A stretch of DNA of 64,000 bases from NCBI GenBank assembly GCA_951406725.2, contig OX597826.1, forward strand, positions 16,492,001 to 16,556,000, read 5' to 3'. Position 1 is the stretch's first letter; each line of letters opens with the position of its first letter. The position numbers were made by a program, and so were the translations under genes. A model generated the notes under the pieces. That model was not told where the DNA came from and made no database searches. It saw nothing but the letters and a program-made list of their open reading frames with translations. This stretch comes from Octopus vulgaris. Lineage: Eukaryota. Below, piece after piece: positions 1 through 12,617 of this stretch.

Positions 1-1029
1 AGATTTGGAGCGACAATGAAAATTGACCATAGTTTAGTTGAATAGTAATAGAAGTCAGTTTCTGGCGAGGAAATCCTAATACTCCGGGCAATATTACAAT
101 TATTGTGAAGTTTCTAAACATGTCACACTCAAAAATTCGATTGCAATCGATTTTATCTTTGACTGTATGTTGTGTTTATTCTTATAAATGTCTCGGTGAT
201 GGGCGTGAATGGACAAATAACTGGGGCTTAAAAATGACGTACAAATTTACATTGCATTAGTAGTTAATGATGCCGTGAATGCACACCAGTAGCGCCACCC
301 AATACTGTGCTCTTTCAATGAGAGAGAAAATAAGCGTTCACTTAATACAAAAGAAGACTGTAATTTATGAATGCTGTATCACTCGATTCAGTTTCAAAAC
401 CGCCAATATCACAACCACTTTCATCTTCTCCCCAATCTGTCTTTCTCTCTCCCTGTGTGATTTTCTTTAGAGACTTTCCCTACGCTCAATATATTTTCCA
501 CCAGGTCAGAAAGAGACACACAAGGAAAAATAATTTATGTCATAAGCTTCAATAACATTCTCTCCTTAATAACGTATCTCTGTTCCAGTATGGTTCCTAT
601 TCTGTATCTTAATATATCCACTTATTTCAGGCAGAGTCAGATAAGCAGAAAGATAGATAGATTTGTGCTGCAACTCCATTTTACCTCCATTTTAATAAAT
701 GCGTAATAAGAATAAGTTTATTTGAGAAAATATTTTCATTCTCAGTTAAGTCTGGAAAAGTAATATTTTCCATAAACTTCTACTGCTAGGTTGTTTGATA
801 AAGCACGAAGAAACCAAAGTATATTTCACTATTTTGTTCTTTCTGACTACGCATTATGATATTTAATTGTTGAGTGAAATTTCATATATGCGAAAGTCAT
901 ATATAAATACTGAATTGTTCGTAGAAAATTTACTTTACGTTAACACTAAGTATGGAAATTTTAATAAAACTTAGCTTCTATGTGTATCTCTCTTGCTCTT
1001 TCTCTCTCTCCCTCACACAGATGCACACA

Positions 1030-1398
<369 letters not shown>

Positions 1399-1578
1399 AT
1401 CTTTCCGTATCACACAAGTTTCTAGCGAGGCAGGAACGTTAGACAAGCTTGCTTATATTCCTTATTAATAATCCAGACGTAATACAAACATATTGCACAT
1501 AAACTGTCTTTTTCGATTATAACTGACATATCTAGTAAAGACATACAGCATATATTACAATTACGAATGCATTTTATT

Positions 1579-1655
<77 letters not shown>

Positions 1656-3444
1656 GCATACATATACATAAATTTCACATTCGGTTAAATTAATTAAATT
1701 TAATTCTACCAGTGAATGTATCAATCAATTTCATCTTTATTCGGTAAAGTGGTCCAACTTAATAGCAGAAAATAAATATCCAGTATTATTTAAAATTCCC
1801 CAGCGAGTATTTAATCCAAACAATTTATTTGTACATATATAAAACATTCAACCAGACTTTCTATAATCAACATCCCCATAAAACTCACCAACATATGTAC
1901 TTACAACGAACATTGTGTTCTTTTCCATAATTTATTTGAGCGGATAATATTGCACCAGGTGTTCTAATGTTCTGGAATTAAAGCAGCTGCAAATTTGTGT
2001 TCAAGTCTGATATAATGAACTAACTTGCTCTAAGAAAACAAAATTTAAAGCAACAAATCATTCATTGATCACAATTATATAAAATCATAATCATCTCCGA
2101 CGTTTCAAACCGCATGGAAACTAAATAATATTAGTATAGAATTAAATATTATTCAATCGCACAGCTAAGAATAACAGCAAAACTTCCAAACTTTAATTCT
2201 TTGGCGAACTTTACGCGTTGTAAATCCTGAAGTAACAAACAACATCAAAATAAAGTAAGATACCAGAAGGAATTAAAAGTAAATAATGCGATATTTATGG
2301 GCTTCTGACAAATGAAATGTAATATAATTTCAAATACACACACATGTAATTATATAGTAACATATGTGTGTGTGGGTGTGGTATGCGTGTCTGTGAATGT
2401 GTATGTATACATACATACATATATGAAAGCAAGCGTATATACATACATGTATACATACAAACATACAGACATACATATGAATTTGACAATCAAATATCTT
2501 TCGTGAAATCCGAGAAATGCATATTAAATATCAAAGTAAATACAGGACCAGCAAAACAGGTACAGCATTTGCAATTAAGTGAAGCATGCGACTACAACAT
2601 GGATTACCAGCTGTAATGATTATTTATCTTGACGAAACTTACATACTCAGTGTTTGTCAGAATCTAATTCTGTAAAATCATTACGTATTGACTCGTGGAA
2701 GAATTAATAATGTTGGCAGATGGGAAACATTAGAAGTCCTTAGTCTTCATTCACTACGTAGCTATAATATTCTGATATTTCAACACAAATTCCTTCAAAT
2801 TTCAGTCAGTGTGAGTGAAATTTGAGACAAAGTGAATTAATCAAATGAAACCCATTAACTGAGTGATGAGTGAGATTTGCACTCCAAATATAAAGAGTTA
2901 GATCAAACCTGGCATCACAGATGATTGGACCAATTCTGCCAACTAGAAACCAATCACAGTAAACAAACAAACGAAGTTTGCTTTAGAAGCGTTGAGAGCT
3001 AGGAAAGTTAAAGAAGTGATTCTTTAAATTCTCAAACACAGGATAATGGTAATAATATAGCCCGAACAAGATAAACTATCCCTAATTTGTAAAAAAAATG
3101 TAAATAATGTAAACAATTTATTGAAGCAGTCCCATTACAGCGTGTAGCTTTACTTTTAGTTATAACCCTTGATGTAATAATTATATAAAAATAATATATG
3201 TATATACATATGTATACATATATATACATGTATATATATATATATATAATAAATAATAAATATTAGGAAATAAATCCAAATTTACAGGGAAAATCAGATT
3301 TAGGATTGAATCCAATTTTATAGTAAAATATTATATTATATTAAAATTAGAGACAAAACCACTATTATGCAAATCAAACAAAGAAAGACTTAAGCCAATA
3401 CGTAAAATAATTTATATAAATTTAGAAATTTAACAATTATAAAT

Positions 3445-3505
3445 AACCACTACGATCGTTTCATGTCTCATTTCAGCACATCTTTGAGACATTCTTCAGG
3501 TGGTT
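3445..3505 (-). ncRNA. minimal type I hammerhead ribozyme (mirror copy)
   Basis: Reverse-complement arm of the palindrome with the same core and stems. Confidence 0.88.
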
Positions 3506-3571
3506 TCAAAACCTTCTTGGCGAGTTTTAAACTATGAATTCATAGTTTAAAACTCGCCAAGATGGTTTTGA

Positions 3572-3632
3572 AACCACCTGAAGAATGTCTCAATGATGTG
3601 CTGAAATGAGACATGAAACGATCGTAGTGGTT
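3572..3632 (+). ncRNA. minimal type I hammerhead ribozyme
   Basis: aaccac-CTGAAGA-atgtctca[14-nt loop]tgagacat-GAAA-CGATCG-TA-gtggtt: 6-bp stem I, 8-bp stem II, palindromic stem III, GUA cleavage site at 3626. Confidence 0.88.
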
Positions 3633-3789
3633 ATTTATAATTGTTAAATTTCTAAATTTATATAAATTATTTTATGTATTGGCTTAAGTCTTTCTTTGTT
3701 TGATTTGCATAATAGTGGTTTTGTCTCTAATTTTAATATTATATATATATATACATGGATGTGTCTACTATATATATATACATGGACGT

Positions 3790-4680
3790 ATCTTCTATCT
3801 ACTGGGGCTCAACTCCGGGTGACAAAGTCACAAATCCAATCCCTCATCAAACTCTTCCCACAATAAGTGGGAAGAAACGAAATTTCAATACCCTCCAGGG
3901 GCTGACTTGCAAATTCATGAGCCACTTCTGGGGAGTCAAACAGCAACCACATGGTTGCGTATTTGACTCCCTAGTGATAAACTTAATTGCTAGCTTAAAT
4001 TCTGCCAGCTCTCTTTCGATTATATCCTTTCTGAAAACGGCAATGACATCGAGGGTCTTAGAGTAGGTCCTCAAAACCAACGTCTTACTTTCAAGTTCTT
4101 TTAACCATTTTTGGGTAGTGTAATTTCCCACTCCACCAACTTTTCCTTGTTATTTGCCATGTTTTCTAAAGAGTCCAAAAATACTGTTGTTAAAATAAAA
4201 AAATAATTAAGGAAAAACGGAAGAGGAAAAAGTCCAAAGAAAAGGCAGGAGAGAAAAAATTAACAGTTCAATCAAGAGTTTTTTTAAAATAAAAGATAGA
4301 AGAGAGAGCAACAGTTCAAAACATAGCAAAGGCCACTTGATACTTCAGTTTTAACACAATTGTAAAAGAGTTAAAAATCATTCCAATTTTCTTCTAGGTA
4401 CTCCTTGACAGGAATAATATTGTTGAAACGCTATTTTCAAACAAAAACAATTTTGGCAGGATATGCCCACCAAACCAATAATTTTCACAATTAAGTGAAT
4501 AATATTTTCACTCAGCCTCAGGCAGACTAGAGTCTAGTGAGGACCTCTTGCTTGTTAAAATAATCTGCGACATACAACAAGTTCTCACTAGACAAAAGGA
4601 AATCTTACCTTACAGCGGAGTTTAAGACGGCTTCAAAAGCGCGTCTTACCGCTTCGATATCAAACACAATTCTATCTTGC
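3790..4680 (-). mobile_element. probable LINE (L1/Tx1-like) 5' region / ORF1 remnant
   Basis: ORF 3847-4131 (LESKTLVLRTYSKTL..IKFITR) resembles a gag-like ORF1 N-terminus; upstream is a T-rich UTR-like stretch. Family call is from memory only. Confidence 0.35.
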
Positions 4681-4689
4681 TCGTGCGCA

Positions 4690-4732
4690 ATGAGGTAAGC
4701 AAACTACTTACCACACAGTTACTCCTGCGCTT
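4690..4732 (-). mobile_element. SINE family A head fragment
   Basis: ggtaagcaaactacttaccacacagttactcctgcgc matches the head at 45314-45351. Confidence 0.7.
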
Positions 4733-4809
4733 ATATATATATAACATATATATATACATATATATACATGCATACGTGTACTTATATACATATATATATA
4801 TATATATAT

Positions 4810-5054
4810 ATAAGCAATAATCTCAGAATTATCAGAACAGTTATAAACATAGTGACGTATATTTGCCATAGATATGGCTAACCCCTATGGGTGGATGCTA
4901 CTGGAGCTTGTAGCCCCAGGAGGACACCTCCTCCAGTTGGCCATAGACAACACTTTCTGTGCCCTATCAGTGTGGAGGAGGTGTCCTCCTGCGACTACAA
5001 ACTACAGTAGCATCCACCCTTAGGGGTTAGCCATATTTAAATGGCAAATATACG

Positions 5055-5060
<6 letters not shown>
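4810..5060. mobile_element. fold-back element in (TA)n (PLE pLTR-type or MITE)
   Basis: About 85-bp inverted arms 4850-4935 and 4973-5060, a 40-bp spacer, a 40-bp one-sided tail and TA repeats on both sides. Confidence 0.65.
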
Positions 5061-5096
<36 letters not shown>

Positions 5097-5312
5097 ATAC
5101 ACATCAGATCTCACATGTGTTTCACTGACTGTTGAGTTCTGAACGGAAATAATATAACAACCAATTAATGAAGTGGATTAATAAAAATAAACAAACCACA
5201 GAATATCAGTTCGCCAGGCAACTCGTGATGTTTAAGATCATGCAGTTTTATCAAAAAGGTATTGTAAAAATGCTGCTGGTTGGAGCCTTCTAACTATTTG
5301 TTAAAAACATTT

Positions 5313-5352
5313 GGAATCTGATGAGTACGCTATGTATGAAAGCGCTAATTTT
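5313..5352 (+). ncRNA. minimal type I hammerhead ribozyme (PLE pLTR)
   Basis: ggaat-CTGATGA-gtac[gctat]gtat-GAAA-GCGC-TA-atttt; palindromic AGCGCT; about 115 bp upstream of (TA)n at 5469. Confidence 0.75.
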
Positions 5353-5465
5353 GTTAAAATGCCATAATAAAAAAAAACGTGAAATCCAGACTATGTTTTA
5401 ACTTTATTCATCTGATATATTATTCTGTACACATTCACATGACTGAAACAACTAAAAGAACAAAA

Positions 5466-5530
<65 letters not shown>

Positions 5531-6195
5531 TGTGCACATACATGCATCTATTTATATAGTTTTCATTTAAATAGGCACAAGTTGCAAAGTAACCTGAAGA
5601 GCGTGAAATTTATCAAACATGGCACTTGCCAAACTGCGTCAGAGTCTCGGAGTCTACATAATTTACAATAATAATTATCTCTGGATTGTTCGAGGAAAAA
5701 ATATAATTGGAGGGTCACCTGAATAATGTATATTTCCACAAAACTCTGCCCCTTAAGTAGTTCAATAGATGGATTAATGCCAATAAATAAATAGATAAGT
5801 TAAAAGTAAATAATTCAATGACTTAATAGAAGAAACCTCACGTTAACTCATACACATAAAGAAACATATATAGGGAGAAATAAGCACACAAAAACACATA
5901 TCCCCACTCACACACAAACACACACACATACACAAATAGCAATAACATGTATGCTCTTTACACTCTTTTCACTCTTTGAAAAAAAAAACATGTTCCATAG
6001 GAGACAAATGATGGGTATGCTTAGAAACGACTATCATTCCTCTGAGCAGGAAATCTCTTTTGTTCTCTGTCTCTACCACATACACCAAACGCACACACAC
6101 ACGCACACTCAAACAAACAACACACTCGCAAGCACAAACACACGCACACAAACACACATGATGTATAATATATATTATATTATATTATATTATAT

Positions 6196-6226
<31 letters not shown>

Positions 6227-6544
6227 TTGTGGGTATCTGTGTATATATACACATATATAGTTTTTGACCTTAAATCTATTCATTTATCGATATACATATA
6301 TTATATAAACATAAAAGAAACGGCGAAAGCTATTTTCTGTGCAGGCATTCACTTCAATCATAGAAATACATATGAATACATAAATATATGGTCATACATG
6401 TTTATTATATAGTTGCATATACAACTGTACAGAGACACACAAATACACACACAAAAAAAATACACACGTGTGAGTGTAGATCTAAGAATGTTTGCTATTT
6501 TGTTCTTTTGACGATATTTGCAGATTAAAATGTTTTGCGGATTA

Positions 6545-7560
6545 AATAGACAATATCGTTCCCATGAGCTCATTTTTTTAAAATTTCTTCTATTTTGGGA
6601 TTGCCTAGTATCTGAGTTAAGTAGCAATTATCTCCTTTTGCCGCTATTCGTAAGGCACATATGACGCTAGGTATTGCTTTAGTTTTAAGGTTCCACATTT
6701 TGCCAATTTCTATTACAAGGTCTTTGTTTTTTTTTTGGTAGGTCTTCATAAATATCTTTATGTCGATTTGGGCGGTCATATCGATGAGTGGGCAGGACTT
6801 TTGTCTGAAATCCTTCCGTGTAATGCCTGGCTTATTTGCATCTATCTTATCTATCTTTCTGTCAGTTTGAACAGTAATGTTCCAAAGGAGTGAGATGTGA
6901 TCATATTCAAGGACTGAAGGTGATTTGTATTTACACCAGATTTTATCGTGGGGCAGGTCCAGGCCTATGCAAATTACCCAATGAATATACTGTTCCGCTA
7001 TGCCATGCCTGTTGAGATACTCTGTAGGTATAAGAAGGCTGAACATGATCGATGGTTTCATTTCGTTGTTTGCATACCCAAGTTTCTCTACTGCTGTCTT
7101 TTAAGATGTTGGTCTGGTAGATTTGATAAACCCTTCTATCTCTGATTTTAAGCAAGAAGACACTAGACATGTATAGGTAAGTGCTTTGTCCACATCAGCA
7201 TTGTTGGCTCTCTTTGGGAATTTGCCATTGAGAGGTTTATCTTGCAATTTATCAGAATATCTAAGGCAGCAGCTTTACCAAGGGCTTTCATACGCTTAGC
7301 TTTTTCTGTGCTTGTTTCCAGTACGTCTGATTCTGAGATTTGTTGTATTTGGAATTCACTTAGATAATTCTTTGCCTGATTTATTACTGAGTATGCGGTT
7401 TTCTTGTTTTAGTATCCCCTCATCAGTGTTTCGAGTAATTGTTTCGGCCAATTGTGCCAATATCCATTGTCAATTCAAGTTGTAAGTGCCTATGGCCACC
7501 CCACTTTCTTGTAAACAATTTAAGTGGGTGGTTTCTGTCAAGCTTACATATTTCAGTAAC
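6545..7560 (-). mobile_element. R4/Dong-type non-LTR retrotransposon 3' fragment (CCHC + restriction-like endonuclease), degraded
   Basis: Frameshifted translation VCKQRNETIDHV..EYLNRH..YIHWVIC..LLWNITVQTDRKI..NKP..LIDMT..KDLVIEIGKMWNLKTKAIP. Confidence 0.85.
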
Positions 7561-7649
7561 TGTTAATAATATTGAACCTGTAAGTCATGACTTGTATGTC
7601 TAAATTATTGTTTCTTGCGTTCAGTTATATATATATATATATATATATA

Positions 7650-8715
7650 AGGTTGTGGCAGTTCGTGCGGGCTCTGCTTATCTGAAGCATTCCTTATTAA
7701 TAAAATTAAATGAAATATTATTAATCGGCGTAATGAATGGATTGTAAGATGACGTCGCCTTAAATATAAATCATTCCTCCTTTATAACTATAACTAACCC
7801 CACACTACATTATTATATCTACACTTATAAATTTTATTACCTGGCATAATATTATCAAACGATTTCCTACCGAAGTTAGCTATAATTTAGTCCGAACTTG
7901 GCAATAGATAACGTATTATATCCTATTCAAGCATTCTGCTATTTGTAAGGTTATTTATCACCCATTAACGTCAGCGCCCTAACACAAATCGTCCATGTAT
8001 GCTAGCACGTTCTCAACCTTAGTTAACAGTAATTTTGGCCTACCTTTGTAACGGATAATGCATTTGACCGCATTCATTTATTCCGCTAAATTCTTCTCTA
8101 GTATATTTAGTGCATGAAACATTTTGAAAACATTCTTTAAATGAATATCTTATAATGACGGCATAATTCTAGTATTCTACAAATTGAAACATGTGTATAC
8201 TCCTCATTACATCTTTCTTAGATATCATGTCCTTTTTATTATTATGACTGTTTCATTAACTTTACGCTTATAATCCAGTTTAGCTTATTTATTCTAACTG
8301 AAGTGACTACTTTATAGAATTATGGACCGATTATATGCTTATATTCATTAGCTTCTATATGAACCTCTATACATTTTGGTTCTATTAAGATACGTATAAT
8401 TATGTATTCCTATTTTGTGTATACCTGTGCATATATATATATGGGGGTATATATGCTTTTGTTCTACTATGTTTACATGCATACACATAAATACATGTAT
8501 GTGTCTGTGTTTGTGTGTCTGTGTGTGTGTCCATAAATTGGTAAGTCAATGGATGTATATTAGCAACTGTATATAAACAGACTTGAGTTTCTATTATATA
8601 TTGATCTATGTCCTTATGTTCACCCATATCTATCATCTATACTTATCTAAGTGTACATATGTATGTATATATGTATAAACATGTATATAGATATTGTACA
8701 TATATATATATATAC

Positions 8716-8810
<95 letters not shown>

Positions 8811-9240
8811 AAGTGATCTCAAGAAAGTTGGTGGAGTTACGTTCATTTTATATAGAGATTGGATAGAGATTGAATTTTTCAAATCTTTTCTGGTATTTCT
8901 CTATCTGCATATTAGAGGAGTTGTCTAGGGTGAAACGTGTATCACCCATGTATGGACCCCTCCCAAATCAGGGAATCCTTTGCTTAAGCTGAACATTAAA
9001 TATATCCCTACTAAGTCTGTAACTTGTGCGGAGTCTGTTGATTCCATAGTAATATGAAAGCTTTCATTTTTATCCTTTCCAAACCAGTACTTATCTTCAA
9101 ATTTTATAATAGATTTTCTAGCTACTAAAATCACATTAATTTCTTCCCTGGTTAGTTCCGAGTTTTTCTAGTAAATATAACTGCTTTGTTAAGTAGGATA
9201 GTGTCTATAGACGAGTTATTGTATCAATTGTATAAATCAT
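7650..9240 (-). pseudogene. degraded PLE RT/linker, relative of the 18724-21021 element, split by a compound microsatellite (about 8400-8810)
   Basis: ILVARKSIIKFEDKYW..FHITM.STDSAQVTDLVGIYL, NFLEITL and IIANFGRKSFD align in order with ILTARKTLIEFDNKLW..FDITMGSPDSAEVTDLVGMYL, NYLDVNC and IISSFNNRKLD. Confidence 0.82.
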
Positions 9241-9612
9241 TATCTGCATTATCTACATTTCAGCATGAACCATTATTCCTTCCTTTTTCCTTAAAACTAA
9301 ACAGGATGAGAAACATACGTCAAATGTAAATAATGTAAGCAATGTACATAATATATCATCTCTTAAATATAAAATTATATAAATAATTTCACACTTCTTT
9401 TTTTGTTATTGAAGTTATTAAACAAGTTGATAACTTCATTTGCGCTAGTTCAGAGTTTTAGTTTAACTCCTTATCCATAATTAGTTTACTTGTCAGCCTC
9501 ACACTGGGGTTAGTTGTGAAGTTGGGTTAATGGTCTTCAGAAGTCCGCTTGATTTTGGGGATCAGGCGAGACTAAGGTTAAAACACTCAGATGCTTTTAA
9601 AGAATTATTAAA

Positions 9613-10340
9613 TTACAGAAGTCGAATGATGGACGAACAAAAAGACAAAACAAATGAGGTGGTGAAAAGGGTTTTTGCTCCGACCTCACGAGCCCCCTTC
9701 CACCACCGATGCTCGTAATAACGCCCATAGCATATTCCCGTGGTTTCCTTCACACTCAACACTTGTGCCGCACGCATCCATCTGTCCGTGAACATTTTCT
9801 CCGACAGGCATCTCATCTCTAGCCCCACTTTCCTTTTCAGATGAAAAGCGAAATATCTCACCAACCTGGGACCAGAGATGAAATTACCTGTCACCAATCC
9901 TTTCATTGGCGACTTCCATATCACCTCTCTCACGATTTCTACTACCATGAGAAAAAAATTCATACCTTCTTTCGTTCGAAAAACAGGCAAGTCAATTTTT
10001 AGAATTGACTCAGACGACAGCTTCTTGTATCGGACAACAGGTGTTCTGCATGAGCTCACACTTCTGATACCTACGGACACTGGAAAATAGCTTGCAGGAA
10101 GAAAACTTTCCAAAAATTATTTGCTCAACACCGTGCAGCAAAAGTTTTTTTTTTCAAACACAGCAATAATACCAAATCCTCTCGCGCGGATGAATTGAAA
10201 CAATTTGCTTTCAAACAAGCAATAACAGTTTTTTCGTCAAACAACAGATAATTCACAAATAATTTTAAAGACTAGCAAAGATGCTAACCTCAAAAACAGC
10301 CACGTAAATACGATTCAAAGAAACAATGCAATGGAAAAGA
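9613..10340 (-). mobile_element. probable L1/Tx1 ORF2 C-terminal remnant
   Basis: VREVIWKS..LVRYFAFHLKRKVGLEMRCLSEKMFTDRW resembles the Tx1 ORF2 C-terminal IW.R..E....F..RW pattern. Confidence 0.4.
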
Positions 10341-11099
10341 CCTTCGTGGACAGAAAATTCACGTAATTTATTTCCCCATTGAAGCTATAAAAACATAATA
10401 AAATTTTCATGGCAAAACATGTCATTTAAATTTTTCATTCTAATATTCACTTCGTAGAGTGTGATTAAAATCACACACGTAAAATTAGTGCTAAATTTGG
10501 ATAAACTTATTTCGAACTCGAATGCTCATGTGTGAATATTAATGCTCGAAAAGATGCTTCCGATTAATTTGAAGGTTCTCGATGGGCATTTTAATTTGAA
10601 TGATGCAAATGCTAAATTCTTTGACCGAAGTGCAGAAATTGAATAATCCAAAAGCGAATTTGGGTCACGAACCTCATGGCGCTAAATTATTTTCGTGATT
10701 TTCAAAGATCTGATTATCAAATTGAATAACAAACGAATGAAACTGACTGCAAAACACTATATTTTCACTCTAGTGACAGAGCTGTATCTTGCTGTAATCA
10801 ATGAATCACCTTCAGAGCATAAAATAAATGTATTAAATGTAATGTAGTCTGCTTATTATGTGTTCATCTAAATATATATTCATTTATTCATTTACGTGTT
10901 TCAGTCATTTGACTGCGGTCATACTGGAGCAGCGCCTTTAGTTGGACGAATCAACACCAGGATTTATTCTTTGTAAGACTAGTACTTATTCTATCGTCTC
11001 TTGTGCTGAACCGCTAGTTCACTGGGACGTAAACACCCCAATATCGGTTGTCAAGCAAAGGTGGGAGAAAGCACTGACACATACAAATATATATATATA

Positions 11100-11254
11100 T
11101 ATTGGTAAAAACAGTAAGATAACAAAAGAAAGAAAGAGACCTCAACATTATGTAAATAGAGGAAATTTATCTGTAAAATAATGTGACAATTATTCAATAG
11201 CCAAGATAAAACTATATATATAACTATATATAAAACTATATATAAAACTATATC

Positions 11255-11324
<70 letters not shown>

Positions 11325-11430
11325 ATGGCCAGATAACCGAAGAGATGATGTTGTGGATTTCCACCTCGGCATCCGAAACTCAGAGTTTTATCTTGGCTAT
11401 TGAATAATTGTCACGTATTATTTTACATAT
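11100..11430. mobile_element. PLE pLTR inverted pair with degenerate HHR (11328-11398, +)
   Basis: Arms 11172-11213 and 11384-11427; agataa-CcGAAGA-gatg..catc-c-GAAA-CTCAGAG-TT-ttatct. A related aaactccgagtttta..aataattgtcac sequence occurs at about 42563-42602. Confidence 0.7.
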
Positions 11431-11439
11431 ATATATATA

Positions 11440-11780
11440 TAAAAAAATATTAGGGAATAAATCCAAACTTACAGGGAAAAATCAGATTTAGGATTGAATC
11501 CAATTTTATAGTAAAATACTATATTATATTAAATTAGAGATAAAACCACTATTAGGCAAATCATGCAATGAAAAACTTAAGCCAATACATAAGATTAATT
11601 AATTTATATTATTTAAATATATATCAAAATTATTAAAAAAGATAATTAATATCTTTTTTAATAATTTTGATATATATTTAAATAATATAAATTAATTAAT
11701 CTTATGTATTGGCTTAAGTTTTTCATTGCATGATTTGCCTAATAGTGGTTTTATCTCTAATTTAATATAATATAATATTA
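11440..11780 (-). mobile_element. PLE pLTR fold-back, same family as 3251-3745
   Basis: Shared tail (tattagg.aataaatccaaa.ttacagggaaaa..) and a 255-bp palindrome 11520-11774 with a 5-nt spacer. Confidence 0.8.
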
Positions 11781-12219
11781 TATATATATATATTTCAGTT
11801 TCTGTCTACCGAATCTACTCACAAGGCTTTGGTCGGTCCGAGGCTATATTAGAAGACACTTTGTCAAGGTGCGGCGCAGTATTTGAGAAGCAAGCGTCTT
11901 ACCAGGCTGCCACGCTTGGGACTATATATATTCTTAAATATAATTAATTTTAGATCGATTTATTTTTAATCGAATTCATTTTATTATTATCATCTATTTG
12001 AAAATATAGCCACGAATCGCGCGTAGTCTATTTACTTTTTTATGTTTATGTACTCTATTGATTTTTAGAATAATGTTTTCTCTAGAATATTGAAGATTTT
12101 CTATATGGTGTGAATAACGTCTTTCACATATAAATTGTTTAATAGAGGTTTTTATCTAAAGTAGAATAAACAATTATGGTATCAACTTCATTATTTGTTT
12201 CGTTGTTTGTTTTAATTGT

Positions 12220-12390
12220 TCCAATCATTAGAATGCGGCCATGCTGGGATACCTCGAAATTTTAGTCGAATGAATCGACCTGAGGACTTATGTTTTAAGC
12301 CTGGTATTTATACTCTCTGAACGGAAACACACCAACACGGTATGCCGAACGGTGGCGGTGGGGGGAGAAACACAGACACAAAAACATAGA
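12220..12390 (-). mobile_element. SINE family A tail fragment, degraded
   Basis: gcggccatgctgg..tagtcgaatgaatcgacc..acttat..aaacacaccaac matches the family A tail. Confidence 0.6.
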
Positions 12391-12562
12391 TGAATATCCC
12401 TTATTTAATAGACCTGTGCGTGTGTGGGTATGTTCACTTTTCACACGAAAATGGATGCGCGAATTGCTTCCATACTTGCAATGCATGAATAATTTGACCT
12501 TGGATACATTATAGGGTCTTCAGTTTATTTTTTGTTAAAAATATATAATATTGCCTTACATG

Positions 12563-12617
<55 letters not shown>

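Larger units (their letters stand above)
3251..3745 (-). mobile_element. Penelope-like element terminal repeat (pLTR) fold-back insertion in (TA)n
   Basis: About 85-bp unpaired tail followed by a 402-bp zero-spacer palindrome (3338-3739, centre GAA|TTC at 3538/3539, about 3 mismatches) that carries an HHR. TA repeats flank both sides. Same family recurs at 11440-11780. Confidence 0.8.
10890..11917 (-). mobile_element. SINE family A copy split at its internal (TA)n by two PLE fold-backs
   Basis: Tail 10890-11085 and head 11793-11917 match the intact copies at 44934-45351 and 60637-61065. Confidence 0.82.

Noticed and set aside
4895-4925. GGCTACAAGC resembling a twister ribozyme P4 loop (minus strand)
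   Set aside because: The other arm reads GACTACAAAC, and the P1/P2 and pseudoknot partners are not in twister order.
5593-5615. CTGAAGA-gcgt-GAAA hammerhead-like string
   Set aside because: No room for stem II and no stem I pairing.
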